Shown: piece by piece, positions 36,234 to 36,970 of the stretch | Numbering within the stretch: position 1 is the stretch's first letter | How the letters are laid out: each line of letters starts with the position of its first letter | IMG/VR virus record: IMGVR_UViG_3300035660_000042 | Location: 1 to 36,970 of that record | DNA: 36,970 nt | DNA from: a virus | Taxonomy: Duplodnaviria > Caudoviricetes | Strand: one strand, 5' to 3' | Translations under genes and position numbers: made by a program | The notes under the pieces: generated by a model | Told to the model about the DNA's origin: nothing | Databases searched by the model: none | Seen by the model: the letters and a program-made list of their open reading frames with translations, nothing else

Positions 36234-36423
36234 GATTAAGCAAGTAATTGATGGATGTATAATAGATGATAGCGAAATAGATAAGTTATTTACTTATTTA
36301 ATTTGTGCCAGAGAGTTTGGATGGTTGCCTTCTCAAACAGATAATATTGATAATGAATTACTACAAGGAATACTAATAGCAATTCAGGAAATAAAGAAAA
36401 AGGAAATCCAAACAGAAAAATAA
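36223..36423 (+). CDS. frameshift extension of the tail chaperone (T-like)
   Basis: Open in the +1/-2 frame after the A9 run; CAREFGWLPSQTD motif typical of GT extensions; no in-frame ATG. Confidence 0.7.
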   Translation, partial: KSRKIKQVIDGCIIDDSEIDKLFTYLICAREFGWLPSQTDNIDNELLQGILIAIQEIKKKEIQTEK

Positions 36424-36424
36424 A

Positions 36425-36970
36425 ATGGCAGATGTGGAAGTGAGTGTAGCAATAAAAGGAGAAAAGAAAGATGCTGAAACCTATGGACAGCAAATAGCCG
36501 AAGGCTTGAAAAATGCACTTTCAAAGTTTGGATTTGCTCCTATATTTAGAGGAATTGAAACAGCAACAAGAGGAGTGGGTGGAGCAGAAGCAGTTGGAGG
36601 AGCAGTTGCAGGAGGAGCGAAAGGAGGGGCGGCAGGGGGACTTGCTGGTGGAGTAGCTTTAGGCGCAGCAATAGGAGTAGGTTTAGGATTATTAGGAATA
36701 ATAGTAGATGTATTAAAAGATATGCCTGTAATTAGTGCTATTATGAAAATATTGAAATTAATTTTAATGTTATTGTTTTTGCCTTTAATACCTATCTTAA
36801 AGCCAGTTTTAATGCTTTTAGCGGCATTTGTTAAAGTTTTAGCTCCAGTTATGACTAAAATATCATCTTGGCTTGAAAAATTAATTAATTTTTTCGGAGG
36901 AGCAATAGGGGATATAGCAAAATGGATATGGAGTATGTTAGTAGTTGGTTGGGGAATTTTAAAAGATGTA
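36425..36970 (+). CDS. tape measure protein, 5' part
   Basis: ATG at 36425; Gly/Ala-rich and hydrophobic; reads through the junction into 8..682. Confidence 0.8.
   Translation, partial: MADVEVSVAIKGEKKDAETYGQQIAEGLKNALSKFGFAPIFRGIETATRGVGGAEAVGGAVAGGAKGGAAGGLAGGVALGAAIGVGLGLLGIIVDVLKDMPVISAIMKILKLILMLLFLPLIPILKPVLMLLAAFVKVLAPVMTKISSWLEKLINFFGGAIGDIAKWIWSMLVVGWGILKDV
36844..36970. repeat. terminal direct repeat, copy 2
   Basis: Identical to 1-127. Confidence 0.95.

Noticed and set aside
1957-36493. Other minus-strand ORFs in the ORF track (e.g. 4943-5275, 18140-18508, 23723-24181, 26891-27376)
   Set aside because: They are antisense shadows of well-supported + strand genes, rich in Ser/Phe/Leu and without RBS or motifs.
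36844-36970. Biological terminal repeat of the virion DNA
   Set aside because: It is exactly 127 nt and falls mid-gene, so a k-mer overlap from assembling a circular or permuted genome is more likely.

Overview
The window looks like a complete, circularly permuted genome of a tailed (Caudoviricetes, siphovirus-like) virus of about 36,843 bp; bases 1-127 recur at 36844-36970, most likely an assembly overlap. It is AT-rich and almost all genes are on the + strand. The host is probably an archaeon: there are TATA-box promoters exactly 29 nt before leaderless ATGs, GGAGGT ribosome-binding sites, a tRNA-Met with a bulge-helix-bulge (BHB) intron, and a DUF2080-like gene. A DPANN host is plausible but is only inference. 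Gene order is: tail tip, putative lysis cassette, a structured non-coding region with a divergent wHTH gene, many small early genes, ParB/YkgJ genes, TerS/TerL, two tRNAs, portal-MuF, protease, scaffold, major capsid, neck, tail tube, tail chaperone and tape measure. Five free-standing HNH genes are interspersed in the late region. No integrase, polymerase, primase or helicase was recognised. The standout observation is that the 5' part of the essential portal gene is interrupted by three tiny introns (24, 24 and 17 nt). Each folds into a tRNA-type BHB motif, and cutting at the standard BHB positions restores one 916-codon ORF. This suggests portal mRNA must be spliced by the host tRNA-splicing endonuclease and ligase. 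All product calls are from motif recognition and synteny; no searches were run.
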